A DNA stretch of 64,000 nucleotides from the NCBI GenBank assembly GCA_963812015.1, contig CAWETI010000003.1, positions 480,001 to 544,000 on the forward strand, given 5' to 3'. The DNA is from an uncultured delta proteobacterium. GTDB lineage: Bacteria > Desulfobacterota > Desulfobaccia > Desulfobaccales > 0-14-0-80-60-11. Below the pieces are notes generated by a model. That model saw only the letters and a list, made by a program, of their open reading frames with translations, was not told the DNA's origin and ran no database searches. Below, piece after piece: positions 9,743 to 19,500 of the stretch; position 1 is the first letter of the stretch; every line of letters starts with the position of its first letter. The translations under genes were made by a program, and so were the position numbers.

Positions 9743-10075
9743 ATGATAAAAATGGTGATCAAGCAGGGTGAAGCCAGGACCGTCACCTTTACCGTCAAGG
9801 ATGCCCTGGGGACCGGGGTGGACCTGACCGGGGCGGCCTTGCTCCTGGGCGTGAAGAAAGACAAGGCGGAGGCGGAGTACACTTTCGCCAAGGCCGACCA
9901 GGAGTTTGACAAGAGCCAGGCGGCCAGCGGCATCGTTTCGGTAAATCTGAGCGCCACGGACACCAACCAGCCGGAGGCGACCTACATCGGGGAGCTGCGG
10001 TGTGCCTGGGCCGGGCCGGTGATCAAGAAGAGCGACGATTTCTTCTTGCAGATCAAGCGAGCGGTGACGGCGTAA
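9743..10075 (+). CDS. BppU-N-like beta-sandwich virion protein
   Basis: IKQGEARTVTFTVKD...VDLTGA...SGIVSVNLSATDT...YIGELR pattern. Confidence 0.55.
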   Translation: MIKMVIKQGEARTVTFTVKDALGTGVDLTGAALLLGVKKDKAEAEYTFAKADQEFDKSQAASGIVSVNLSATDTNQPEATYIGELRCAWAGPVIKKSDDFFLQIKRAVTA

Positions 10076-10166
10076 TCGGGCGCCGGCCGATCGGGGAAGT
10101 GGCGGCAACCTTGAGCATGTGCTTGTGGTTATCTGACCGCAAGCGGATCACCCAAGAGAGGGAATT

Positions 10167-10589
10167 ATGGCTTACTGTTCCGAAGACGACCTCCTTAAGA
10201 TGATTCCCCAGGCCGAACTGGCTGATTTGACGGTGGAGTCGGGGGAGGTCCCCGACAGCCTGATCATCGCCGAGGCCATCAGCAAGGCCGAGGCCGAGAT
10301 CGACTCCTACCTGGGGGTTAAGTATGTGGTGCCCCTGTCCGCCCCGCCGGCCCAGGTCAAGGCCCTGGCAGTGGATCTGGCCATCTATCATCTCTACTCC
10401 CGCCGCAGCATCGTGCCGCCGGTGCGGCAGCAAAAGTATGACACGGCGGTGGCCTTCCTGAAGCAGGTGGTGGCGGGGCAAGCCGTGATCGTCGGGCCGA
10501 ATGGGGAGCTGCCCACGGTGGCGAAAGAGGTGACTGACGCAGCCGCCGCCATCCGGGTCTTTTCCCGGAATACCCTGGCGGATTGGTAA
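10167..10589 (+). CDS. Mu gp36-like head-tail adaptor (DUF1320)
   Basis: MAYCSEDDL, AEAEIDSYLG.KYVVPL, DLAIYHLY.RR motifs. Confidence 0.85.
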   Translation: MAYCSEDDLLKMIPQAELADLTVESGEVPDSLIIAEAISKAEAEIDSYLGVKYVVPLSAPPAQVKALAVDLAIYHLYSRRSIVPPVRQQKYDTAVAFLKQVVAGQAVIVGPNGELPTVAKEVTDAAAAIRVFSRNTLADW

Positions 10590-10599
10590 GGGGGGGGCG

Positions 10600-11031
10600 A
10601 TGGCCAACGATCTTTGGACCACGGTGGAAGATGCAGTGGTGGCAGCCCTGAAAAAGGAACTGGACGCCCAGATTAATACCCTGGCCACCTATCAAGGTGA
10701 CTGGCTGGCCGACCTGCACCGGGAGTACTGGCGATTTCCGGCGGTTTTGGTGCAGTTTCGCCAGAGCCGGGGAGAGCAGGTCACCCTGGGGTCCTATGAC
10801 TTGAGCCTGGAATTTACCGTCCTGGTAATGGTTCGGGGGGGTAGCGCCAAACGGCGCGAGGCCAGCGGAGTCTACCAGATATTGGCAGGGGTCAGGGAGG
10901 CCTTGTGGCACCAGGACCTGGGGCTAGAGTTGCAACCCCTCAATCTCATCAAGGAAGAGCCTTTATTAAGCGACCAGGAATTTTCCGTGTACGCGGCCCA
11001 TTACGGCACCGCCCTGGTCCAGGACATGTGA
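10600..11031 (+). CDS. Mu gp37-like tail terminator/completion protein
   Basis: Follows gp36; VEDAVVAAL, TYQGD, FPAVLV, GVYQIL..VREAL motifs. Confidence 0.7.
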   Translation: MANDLWTTVEDAVVAALKKELDAQINTLATYQGDWLADLHREYWRFPAVLVQFRQSRGEQVTLGSYDLSLEFTVLVMVRGGSAKRREASGVYQILAGVREALWHQDLGLELQPLNLIKEEPLLSDQEFSVYAAHYGTALVQDM

Positions 11032-11052
11032 AGCTGACGAGGAGAGAGAATC

Positions 11053-12348
11053 ATGACCCGGTCCATCCGGAATTTTTTAGCCACCCATAATCTGCTGGCG
11101 GTGTCGGCCGGACAGCAGGAGGTGGCCATGAACACCGAGCAGGCCCTGGACACCACCTTACTGGTGGACCTGGCCACGGTGCTCAACTACCAGGCCGTGA
11201 AAACCCCCAACCGGGAGGAGCTCACCGGCAAAGAAGAGGCCGACCGGCTCCATGATTTCGGCGGCAAGGTGGTGGGCACCCTGTCTTTTTCCCGGGCCCA
11301 GCCGCAGCATTTCGCCTTTTTGCTGGGGTACGGCCTGGGCCAGGTGGAAACGACCCCGGCCGGGGCCGGCGGCTACCGGCATACCATCCTGCCCCGGTCC
11401 GGGGAGGTGGATGCGGCCCGGTCCAACCCGTCTTTCACCGCGGCCATGCGCTTCGGGCGCCAGGTGATGAAGCGGCGCTTCGCCTCCTGTTTCATCGATC
11501 AGATCAGGATGGACTTCACCAAGGACGGTTGGGCCAAGATCACCGGGACGGTGAAAGGCAGCGGCAAAGTGGTGGACAACTCCCAGGTGGAGGAAGTGGC
11601 CGCGGCCTACAATGCTACCAGCCTGAGCCTGGCGGTCAACGGGGTGGCAGGAGAGAACGCGGCCGAGAGATTGGCCAACGTCCAGGCGGTTCAGGTGCTG
11701 AATCCCGCCACCCAGGCCTGGGAGGAAGTGGCCTACCAGGCCGTGTCCGAGGCGGTCCCCGGGATCATTGGGATTACGCCGCCGGGGGGGAGCGGGGGGC
11801 TCACCACCTACCGGGTCTATTATGTGCCCGGAGAGAGCGATTGGATGAACCTGCCGCCCCGGGTGGAGGAACCACCCCTGAAGGTAAGCCAGTTGGAAGT
11901 GACCCTGGGGGGGCGCTGGGACGGCGCCACCTTTACCGGGGGGTATCGGCTGGCCACGGAACTGCGGGGCGTCACCTGGACTTTGAAAAACAACCTGACG
12001 CCGGAATCGACGCCGGGGGCCGGGGGCAATTACGCCAATCGCGCCTACCGGACCGGACGGGAACAGAGCCTGAAATTCGACCGGGATTTCCGTGACTTCC
12101 TCCTGGCCCAAAATCTCAAAGATAATGACACCCTGGGGGTCTGTTTAAAAGCGACGGGGCCGGAATTCGAGCCGGGGGTCAGCTACCAGGTGGAACTGGT
12201 CTTTCCCCGGGTAATGGTCCTGGCCACCACCGTCAAGGTGTACCAGCGCCGCCTGGGAGAAGAGGTGGAATTTGCGATCCTGGAAGATGACACGTATGGG
12301 TCGGTGGTGGCTTACGTGCAGAACCAGGTGAGCGGCTACGCGGCTTAA
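11053..12348 (+). CDS. Putative major tail tube protein with inserted domain
   Basis: Position; ELTGKEE, HTI.P...PSFT, ELVFPRV tube-like motifs. No sheath gene nearby. Confidence 0.65.
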   Translation: MTRSIRNFLATHNLLAVSAGQQEVAMNTEQALDTTLLVDLATVLNYQAVKTPNREELTGKEEADRLHDFGGKVVGTLSFSRAQPQHFAFLLGYGLGQVETTPAGAGGYRHTILPRSGEVDAARSNPSFTAAMRFGRQVMKRRFASCFIDQIRMDFTKDGWAKITGTVKGSGKVVDNSQVEEVAAAYNATSLSLAVNGVAGENAAERLANVQAVQVLNPATQAWEEVAYQAVSEAVPGIIGITPPGGSGGLTTYRVYYVPGESDWMNLPPRVEEPPLKVSQLEVTLGGRWDGATFTGGYRLATELRGVTWTLKNNLTPESTPGAGGNYANRAYRTGREQSLKFDRDFRDFLLAQNLKDNDTLGVCLKATGPEFEPGVSYQVELVFPRVMVLATTVKVYQRRLGEEVEFAILEDDTYGSVVAYVQNQVSGYAA

Positions 12349-12400
12349 ATGCCTTACGCAAGGACGCAAAGGCGCAAAGAACGCGCATCATGGAGACAAG

Positions 12401-12783
12401 ATGGCGAGAATCTTGGGAGATCAAGGTCATACCCTTATGATCCAGGACCCGGTCTCCGGGTCAGTGATCACGCTGCACTATCGGCGGCCGACCTCGGAGG
12501 AGCGGGTGGCCTACCAACTCTCGGCCTTCCGCCTCGAACATGGTGAACGACGGTTTTGCCTGGGGGAGACCCGGCTGAAATTTGGGCTGGAGATCCTAAC
12601 CGGGTTCGGGGCCGGGGATTTTGTCATACCGGAAGAGGGGGGGAGACCCCCCTGGACCCGAGCCGGCATCCGGACTGGAAGGCGCGCCTCGCCGAAGATG
12701 CCCCTGACCTGGTGTCCTACCTGGCCCAGCAGGTTTTCGAAGGCATGCGGGTGGCAAGCCGGGAAGAGCCGGAATGGGACTGA
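12401..12783 (+). CDS. Tail assembly chaperone-like protein, frameshifted at G7 (12637-12643)
   Basis: N-terminal YRRPTSEERVAY...GDFVIPEEGG continues plausibly only in the -1 frame (ETPLDPSRHPDWKARLAEDAPDLVSYLAQQVFEG). Confidence 0.6.
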
Positions 12784-13112
12784 GTCAGGGCCCCGGGGAA
12801 GACCGCCGGGGCTGGCCCCTGGATCGAGAACTGCAGGTGCTGGCCAGCGGCCGGCTCTGCGGCCCTTCGATGCGGCTCAGGTGCCGGGCCGAGAGCGGGT
12901 CCTTTGCCGACTGGGCCTGTGGGGCGTGCGCCGAGCGGGTGCGCCCGGAAGCCATCTCCCCCTGGACCTGGCACCTGGTCTTCCTGTACCGGTTGAGCCT
13001 GGCCGGCTACCCTTTTAAGGCCAATGATCTCAGTCTGGAGACCTGGCTGCTTATGGGGACGGTGCGCCGGGTTTTAGAAGAAGCCCAAAGAGGACAGCAT
13101 GGCCACGACTAA
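12774..13112 (+). CDS. Cys-containing protein at the chaperone-T position before the tape measure
   Basis: C..C and WACGAC; overlaps both neighbours. Confidence 0.6.
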   Translation: MGLSQGPGEDRRGWPLDRELQVLASGRLCGPSMRLRCRAESGSFADWACGACAERVRPEAISPWTWHLVFLYRLSLAGYPFKANDLSLETWLLMGTVRRVLEEAQRGQHGHD

Positions 13113-13863
13113 AGTTAAAAGCAATACGAACCAGAAGAAACTGGATGATTATCGGGCCTACCAGGAAGAGCTGCTCAGCCTCAGTCGGCAATACAGCCAG
13201 GCCCGTCTGGCGGTATGGGTGACCGAGACCCAGGCCCTCCACGACACCTGGAGCGGCTTCTCCCAGGAGTGGCAAGCCAACCTGGAGCAGATGACGGCCC
13301 TGGCCAGGAGCAAGTTTGAAGAAATGGCGGCCCGGGGTGAGGCCTCGGCGGGGCTCCTGGCCCAGAGCTGGCAGAAAAACCTGACGGACGTCTCGGCGTC
13401 CGTGACGGAGTGGGGGGCCAACTTCCTCCAGACGTTGTCACAGATGGCGGCGGCCTGGGGAGGAACCCTGGGGAGCGGCAGCAGTTCCCAAGGAAGCTGG
13501 TCATCGCTTTTGGGCGGGGTCCTGGATTTCGGCGGCATCTTTCACCAGGGGGGGGTTGTTTCGGCCCACCAGGGGATGGTGATTTCCCCGGGGACCTTGA
13601 TGGGGGACGAACAACTCATCATGGCCCAGAAAGGTGAGGGTATCCTGCCCCGGGAGAGCATGGGCCGCCTGGGGGAGAAAAATTTTGAGGCCCTGAGGAC
13701 CGGCAGGTTTGACCTGAACTCGGGGAAGGCCGCGCCCCGCTTTGACGTGACCATTCAGGTCCAGACCCTGGATACCGCCGGGGTGGCGGGCCTGGACTGG
13801 GACCGGGTGGTGCAGCGGCACCTGGTGCCGGCCCTCAGGCAAGAAACGGACCGGCGCTGGTAA
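13099..13863 (+). CDS. Very short tail tape measure protein (254 aa)
   Basis: Helical Trp-periodic N-terminus; lambda-type C-terminal IFHQGGVV...DEQLIMAQKGEGIL; follows the chaperone; agagga RBS. Confidence 0.7.
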   Translation: MATTKVKSNTNQKKLDDYRAYQEELLSLSRQYSQARLAVWVTETQALHDTWSGFSQEWQANLEQMTALARSKFEEMAARGEASAGLLAQSWQKNLTDVSASVTEWGANFLQTLSQMAAAWGGTLGSGSSSQGSWSSLLGGVLDFGGIFHQGGVVSAHQGMVISPGTLMGDEQLIMAQKGEGILPRESMGRLGEKNFEALRTGRFDLNSGKAAPRFDVTIQVQTLDTAGVAGLDWDRVVQRHLVPALRQETDRRW

Positions 13864-13872
13864 GGAGACGAG

Positions 13873-14238
13873 ATGGCAAACGCCCGGTTGGAATGGACCC
13901 CCGGGGGAGGCAGCCGCCAGGGCTACGCCTTGCCGGTCAACTTTACCTGGGACTATCAAGAACTGGCCCAGGATGAGACGGACCGGGAGCGGGCCCTGGA
14001 CGGGACCTTGAGGAGTTATCTCAGGGGGTTAAAGCAGCGATGGGTCTTGCAGTTCCAGTTCATTGCCACGGTGCAGAAGGATGTCCTGGTGGCCATTAAG
14101 CAGGCCCAGGCGGATATTGATTTTTTCCGGGACGGGACCGGGCCCAAGACCTTCACCGGGGTCTGGACCAATGACCTGGATTTCCGGGAGGTGGCTCCCG
14201 GGTTCTGGTCCGGGAGCATGACCCTGGAAGAAGTGTAA
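13873..14238 (+). CDS. Putative distal tail (Dit-like) protein
   Basis: Follows the tape measure; RALDGTLRSY...WVLQF...WSGSMTLEEV pattern. Confidence 0.6.
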   Translation: MANARLEWTPGGGSRQGYALPVNFTWDYQELAQDETDRERALDGTLRSYLRGLKQRWVLQFQFIATVQKDVLVAIKQAQADIDFFRDGTGPKTFTGVWTNDLDFREVAPGFWSGSMTLEEV

Positions 14239-14280
14239 GGTTGTGTCCAGTGAGTACCTTTATTAAGAGCTTGTCTTATT

Positions 14281-14390
14281 TCCCTTCCCTTTGATGGGGG
14301 AGGGTAAGGGTGAGGGTGACAAAACCATGAAAAAATACAGAATGTTATCCCCCCCCTCCCCCTAACCCCCTCCCACCAGGGGAGGGGGAA
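14281..14390. repeat. Composite REP/MITE-like repeat, inverted copy of the element at about 62077-62177
   Basis: Two GC-rich hairpins; 14351-14389 is the reverse complement of about 62077-62113 with one indel. Confidence 0.75.
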
Positions 14391-14484
14391 TTTTAAGACC
14401 ATAATTTATTGAAGCAACATCAGAAACGCGATATCCACCCTTTCCGCAAGGGGGGAATCAAACGACCCTGAATAGAGAGCCTTT

Positions 14485-16161
14485 ATGCGGCAAGCTGGGC
14501 CGGAGTATCTGCAGAAAGAAGCGCTTTGCCGGGGCGCCCGACCCCGGGCGAAGGCGGTGCTTTTTCCCTATGAGCTGGACTACGGGCTGGCCCCGGGGTC
14601 CGGGGAGTTTGTCCAGACCGCCTATGGCGGGGAGCCGGGAAAACTGGCCATGGGCGACGGTTACTACACCTTCGGCTCCTGGACCTCCCCCGCCATCCAA
14701 ACGGCTTCGCCTTACCTGGACGAGGCGGTGCCTTCCTGGGAAGAGCCCACGGGGCACATGGACGTGGAGGTTCGGCTGCGCACCGGGGAGACGGCGCCAG
14801 GTTTGGCCCAGGCAGCTTTCACGCTCCTGGCGTCGGGGCAGACCATTTCCCTGGCCCCGTATTTTCAGGTGAAAGTTGACTTCAGCGAAACTATCCGGGC
14901 CTGGGGGCTGGATGACCCCGGAGAGGCGGATGGGTTTGCGGCCTATGCCGTGGACCAGAGCCCGGACGGAGGTTTTGAGAGCTCTGCCTCGGACGGACCG
15001 GGTTGTCTGGCCGATTTAAGCCTGGCGGGCCGGCTCACCCTCCCGGAGCGGGAAATCATTGATCCGGGGGGAGTGCGGGTGGAACTGGCCCGGGATTTCA
15101 GTGAGCTCAGGACCGCCGACCACGCCCTGGTCCTGGACAACCGGCTGGGGCAATGGCTGAACCGGGCCGAAAATTCCGCTCTCCTGGACTCGGACTGGAC
15201 CCAGAGGCAACTGGCGCTGTATCACGGCTGGGAGCTGGCCGACGGCACGGTGGCCTGGCAGTTACTCTACCAGGGAGTGGTGCAGCGCTTTTCCGGGATG
15301 GCCCACGGCTGGCGGGAGCCGCATCGCACCCGCCTGGAAAGCCAGGATTGGGTGGCGGCGGGGCTCAAGCAGATGATCGGCGTCCCGGCCGATACGGGAG
15401 AGCGGCGGCCGTTCATGCGGGGTACCTATCTGGCCCGGGGGGAGCTGACGCGGGTCATCGAGGCCACCGTGGGCGAGATCGCCCTGGTGGGCAGTAGCAG
15501 CGCCCCCCTGAATCTCCTGGGAACCTACCGGGGGGACTATGTCCAAAACTATGTCCTGGAAGTGGACACCGGCGGCGAAGTGGGGAGCGGCAAGTTCCGG
15601 TGGTCGCACGACCAGGGGCAGAGTTGGGAAAAGACGGGTTTGATTGCTGGCGGGGCGGATGCGCCGGTGCAGTTGGAGGAGGGCTTGTCGGTCTATTGGC
15701 AGGCGGGGGTGGGTCCGGACCTGGTGGCGGGGGACCGCTGGACCTTTACGGCGTTCCCGCCGGTTTACCAAAACCAGGTCTTTGGCGCCCCCTTCGCAGC
15801 CTTCACCGCAGTCTATCTCGACGGGGAAACCGACGACGACCGGGTGACGGCCGAGGCGAACACCGGCTTGATTGAGGTAAGTGGCAAGAACGCCCAGGTT
15901 TCGGCCAGGGTGGTCAAAGACTACACCACCCATCCGGTGGACATTGTGACCGATATACTGGCAGAAGTAGGTCTCGGCCAGGGCATCCATCAGGACTCCT
16001 TTGCCCTGGCCAAGAGCCTCACCCCCGAATACGCCATCGGCGTGAGGTTTGAAAACCTCACCGCGGCCCAGGCCATCCGGGAGATCGTCCGGCGCTGCCT
16101 GTACGATCTGTGGATCGATTTCGGAGAGATCAAGATCAAACCGTATCTGGGCGAGGCGTAA
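14485..16161 (+). CDS. Tail tip protein (N-terminal half of a hub-like protein)
   Basis: LVLDNRLG, LLYQGVV, HPVDIVTDIL and AAQAIREIV...GEIKIKPY resemble siphophage hub domains. Confidence 0.6.
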   Translation: MRQAGPEYLQKEALCRGARPRAKAVLFPYELDYGLAPGSGEFVQTAYGGEPGKLAMGDGYYTFGSWTSPAIQTASPYLDEAVPSWEEPTGHMDVEVRLRTGETAPGLAQAAFTLLASGQTISLAPYFQVKVDFSETIRAWGLDDPGEADGFAAYAVDQSPDGGFESSASDGPGCLADLSLAGRLTLPEREIIDPGGVRVELARDFSELRTADHALVLDNRLGQWLNRAENSALLDSDWTQRQLALYHGWELADGTVAWQLLYQGVVQRFSGMAHGWREPHRTRLESQDWVAAGLKQMIGVPADTGERRPFMRGTYLARGELTRVIEATVGEIALVGSSSAPLNLLGTYRGDYVQNYVLEVDTGGEVGSGKFRWSHDQGQSWEKTGLIAGGADAPVQLEEGLSVYWQAGVGPDLVAGDRWTFTAFPPVYQNQVFGAPFAAFTAVYLDGETDDDRVTAEANTGLIEVSGKNAQVSARVVKDYTTHPVDIVTDILAEVGLGQGIHQDSFALAKSLTPEYAIGVRFENLTAAQAIREIVRRCLYDLWIDFGEIKIKPYLGEA

Positions 16162-16166
16162 GGGGC

Positions 16167-16196
16167 GTAGGGGCGGGTTTTAAACCCACCCCCACA
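16167..16196. repeat. GTAG-type REP
   Basis: gtaggggcgggttttaaacccacccccaca; relatives at 38640 and about 61995. Confidence 0.7.
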
Positions 16197-16286
16197 TCAA
16201 CTGTGGCCGTAATAATCGTTTAATGCGCCGAGTTATAGAGCGATTGGCAAAAGTTCTTTCTATTATGTCACATGCTCCAAGAACCT

Positions 16287-16377
16287 AAATCCCCCCCACC
16301 CCCCTTTTTCAAAGGGGGGAACTTAACGGAATTCCTTTGAAAGTCCCCCTTTGACAAAGGGGGATTTAGGGGGATTT
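16287..16377. repeat. Inverted pair of AAATCCCCC...CCCCCTTT..AAAGGGGG repeats
   Basis: Same family as 33121-33203. Confidence 0.75.
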
Positions 16378-16509
16378 AAGAACCATCAATGGGAAGGAAT
16401 TGGCGGAAAACGCCATAAATGCTTAACGTTAGCCTTTTTGCAAAAAGGGATCACCATGGGACGCATGCAATGGACCCGGGCCTCATAGTTTAATTGGGTC
16501 TTCGACAAT

Positions 16510-19500
16510 ATGGGCGGGACCCCGCTCCAGGCGGCGGTGGCCGGCAACTGGCAGCAGGCCGTGGCCACGGTGGATAGCGCGGGCCGCGTCGAGATCGGCA
16601 CCCCCAACCCCGGGGGCGGCCAAGTCTGCTGGGTGCGGGGGGTTTGGCGGCTGGACACCCAGTTCCCCTGGGAGGGCTTTTGGGCCGAGCCCATGGGCGG
16701 GGATGTCGCCAACTATTACCCGGGGGGGTCCTTTGCCAATGAGGCGGACCTGACCACCATCACCCTGGGGACGGCGCTGCCGGCCGGAACGCCGGTGCAG
16801 CTCTATTACCTCTATCTCACCGGTGAGCAAGCGATCAAGTATGAACCGCTGAACAATTATCCCTGCATCCGCCGGGCCTACCGGGCCCGGGATGACTACA
16901 CCTACGATTTTGCGGTGGACCGGATGCTGGAGCTGATGGTCTTGCTGCACCTGGCGGGGCGGGAGACGGGCCGGGACTATGGGGCGCTGATCCGGTTCAT
17001 CTGGGATGCCTTTGAGAAGCGGGAGGCGCCCCGGACTTCGCCCCTGATGCATGATGACTTTGAGCGCCAGCAGTGGGACCGGGGGGCGCACCTGCTCTAT
17101 CGCGGCGCCACCTATGGTGCAACCGCCTTTCAGGCCTTTCAAATCGAACTGGCGAGCGGCGGCGGCCGGGCCCTCCATGTGAAGGCGGCGCTGCCCACCA
17201 CCCAGGACGCGGCCTGGTTCGGCTACGGCCTGGACTGGTCCCTGGCCACCGACCCCTTCAAGGCCATGGACCGCCTCACCTTTACCTTGCAAGGGGCGGG
17301 CAGCACCAGCCTGATGCACAACCTCACCAAGATCGGCAGCGGCAGCGCCACCATGTTGCTCCTGGGGGACTACGCCAAGCAGGAAAAACGGCGGTTTTTG
17401 GTCCAGATGGAGAGCACGGGAGAGGTGGGGGCGGCCACTTTTCGCTGGTCCCGGGACGAAGGGCTCACCTGGGAAGCCACGGGCCTGACGAGCGGGAACC
17501 GGCAGCATCCGGTGGTCCTGGAGGACGAACTGGCCGTCGCCTGGGAGGGGGGAGACGGCACCGACCTGGTGGCGGGGGATTACTGGATGTTTTGGGCCGG
17601 CGAGCCCGCCATCCACCCCCGGCGGCTCCTAGTGACGCTGAACGACTCCAGCCCGGATGATTCTGACCCCTGGGGGCTGGAACATACGTATATCCATGCC
17701 ATACCGGACCGCTTCACCGAGGCGACGGCTTTTGACCTCCCCTTCAGTCAATTCTGGCGGCGGGACAATCTGATCGAAGACGGTGACCGGGTCCAGGCCA
17801 TGTGGGGCAGCTGGTATTCCGCCACCCAGCAGGACGCCGGCGACATCACCATCGGCACCCGGGAAGAGACAGAAGTCCTCCTGGGAGAGACCTTTTATAC
17901 CCAGCGGCAGATCACCTGGGACTTGACTGGGGCGGCCACCGCCTTCGGGGCGTGGGCCGGGATCGATACGGGCCGCTGCAGCTCCGCCGGGCGGGTCAAC
18001 GTCAACTTCCTCATCAAACCGGTGGTGAGCGGGGTCAGCTCTCTCACCATCCGGGTCAAAGTCAAAGACGCCCAGGGTAGTTATTTTTACCGGGAGGTGA
18101 CGGTCCCGGTCAATGACTGGCAGCGGGTGAGCGTGGCCCTGGGGGAGATGGCCCTGGAATCGGGCTCGTATCCCCTCACCCATCCCATCCAGGTGGTGGA
18201 CATCGGCTGCCCGTCTTCACCCCCCAGCAACGGGACGTTTTATCTCACCGACCTCAAGTTCGATGAGCATGTGACCTTTGCCGGGGCCGACCGCCTCAGG
18301 ACGCTGGAATTCAAGATGGAGCAGCAGGGCCTGGTGGAACATGAGTGGTGGCTGGACGAGGTGGCTCTGAACCTTACGGCTTCGGACCCCTATCCTTATG
18401 CGCCCCGGCAGGCCATTTCCCTGACCCCTTATGGGCAGAATCCCTGGCGGGGCCCCACCCTGGTGCATTATGCCCACCCCCTGGCGCCTTACCTGGTGGG
18501 GGCCTTGGACCTCAGCCAGACCTATCTTGGCTTGCACCGGGACGCCCAGGAGGAATATACCCGGCGTTACGGCGGAGCGCCGGGGCCCATCATGCCGGTC
18601 CATACCCGCAATGACGTGGAAAATATTCCCCTCTGCGGCGAGGAGGATTTTCTCCGGTTCTCCTGGTGGCGCCGGTACCGGGACTTCGGCAAGGTGGCGG
18701 GGTTCTGGCACTTCAACGGCGCGCTCACCGATGCCTCCGGGCGGGGCCACACCCTTGCCTGGCAGGGGGACGGCACCCCGAGCTATGCTGACGGCGTCTG
18801 TCAGCCGGGGCCCACCGCCCTGGACCTGGACGGCAGCCACTACTTGAGCCTGGACGACGCCGACCTGAACCTGGGGACGGAGGATTTCACCCTGGAGATG
18901 GTCCTCAAACCTGGGACCCTGGTTGACGGGGCCCGCCTCATCAGCAAAATAGCTACGGGGGGAGCGGGCTTTGAGGTGTGCCTGGGTCCGGGGGGGGCGG
19001 TGCAGTTGGTCATGGCGGACAGCAGCGGCGCCTCGGTCCTGACTCCCAACCCCGGGCTCAGCCTGGATACCGCCAATCATCACTACCTGGCGGTGTCTGG
19101 GGACCGGGATGGACAATTCACCTTCTGCGTGGTCGGCTCCCTGGGAACCGGTGCGGCGGCCCGGCCCGGTAGCCTGGATAACGGCGCGGCTTTCACGGTG
19201 GGGCGCCGGGCCGGGACGGCGGCGGGTTTTTTCCAGGGCCGGATCGACCTGATTCGGGTCCATCGGGGCCGGGCCCTGGGCGGGGCCGAACTCCAGGACA
19301 CCTGGGGGATCATCCAGGGCCGGGTGAACGGCTCGGCCTATCCGGAAGTGGGCAGCGGCCTGGGCCAGTACTGGGCCTTCCTGCGACTGGCGGAATTTTT
19401 CTTCCTGAGCAATGATGCCGGCGCGGAAACCATTTTGCTCAACTGGCTTACCTGGATCGATGAGGTTGGCGCGCCCGACGGCAATGGCTGGAAGGTACCG

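Noticed and set aside
12644..13018. 205-aa ORF 12401-13018 taken as a real full-length protein
   Set aside because: The part after the G7 tract is low-complexity Arg/Pro/Gly sequence and overlaps two better ORFs.
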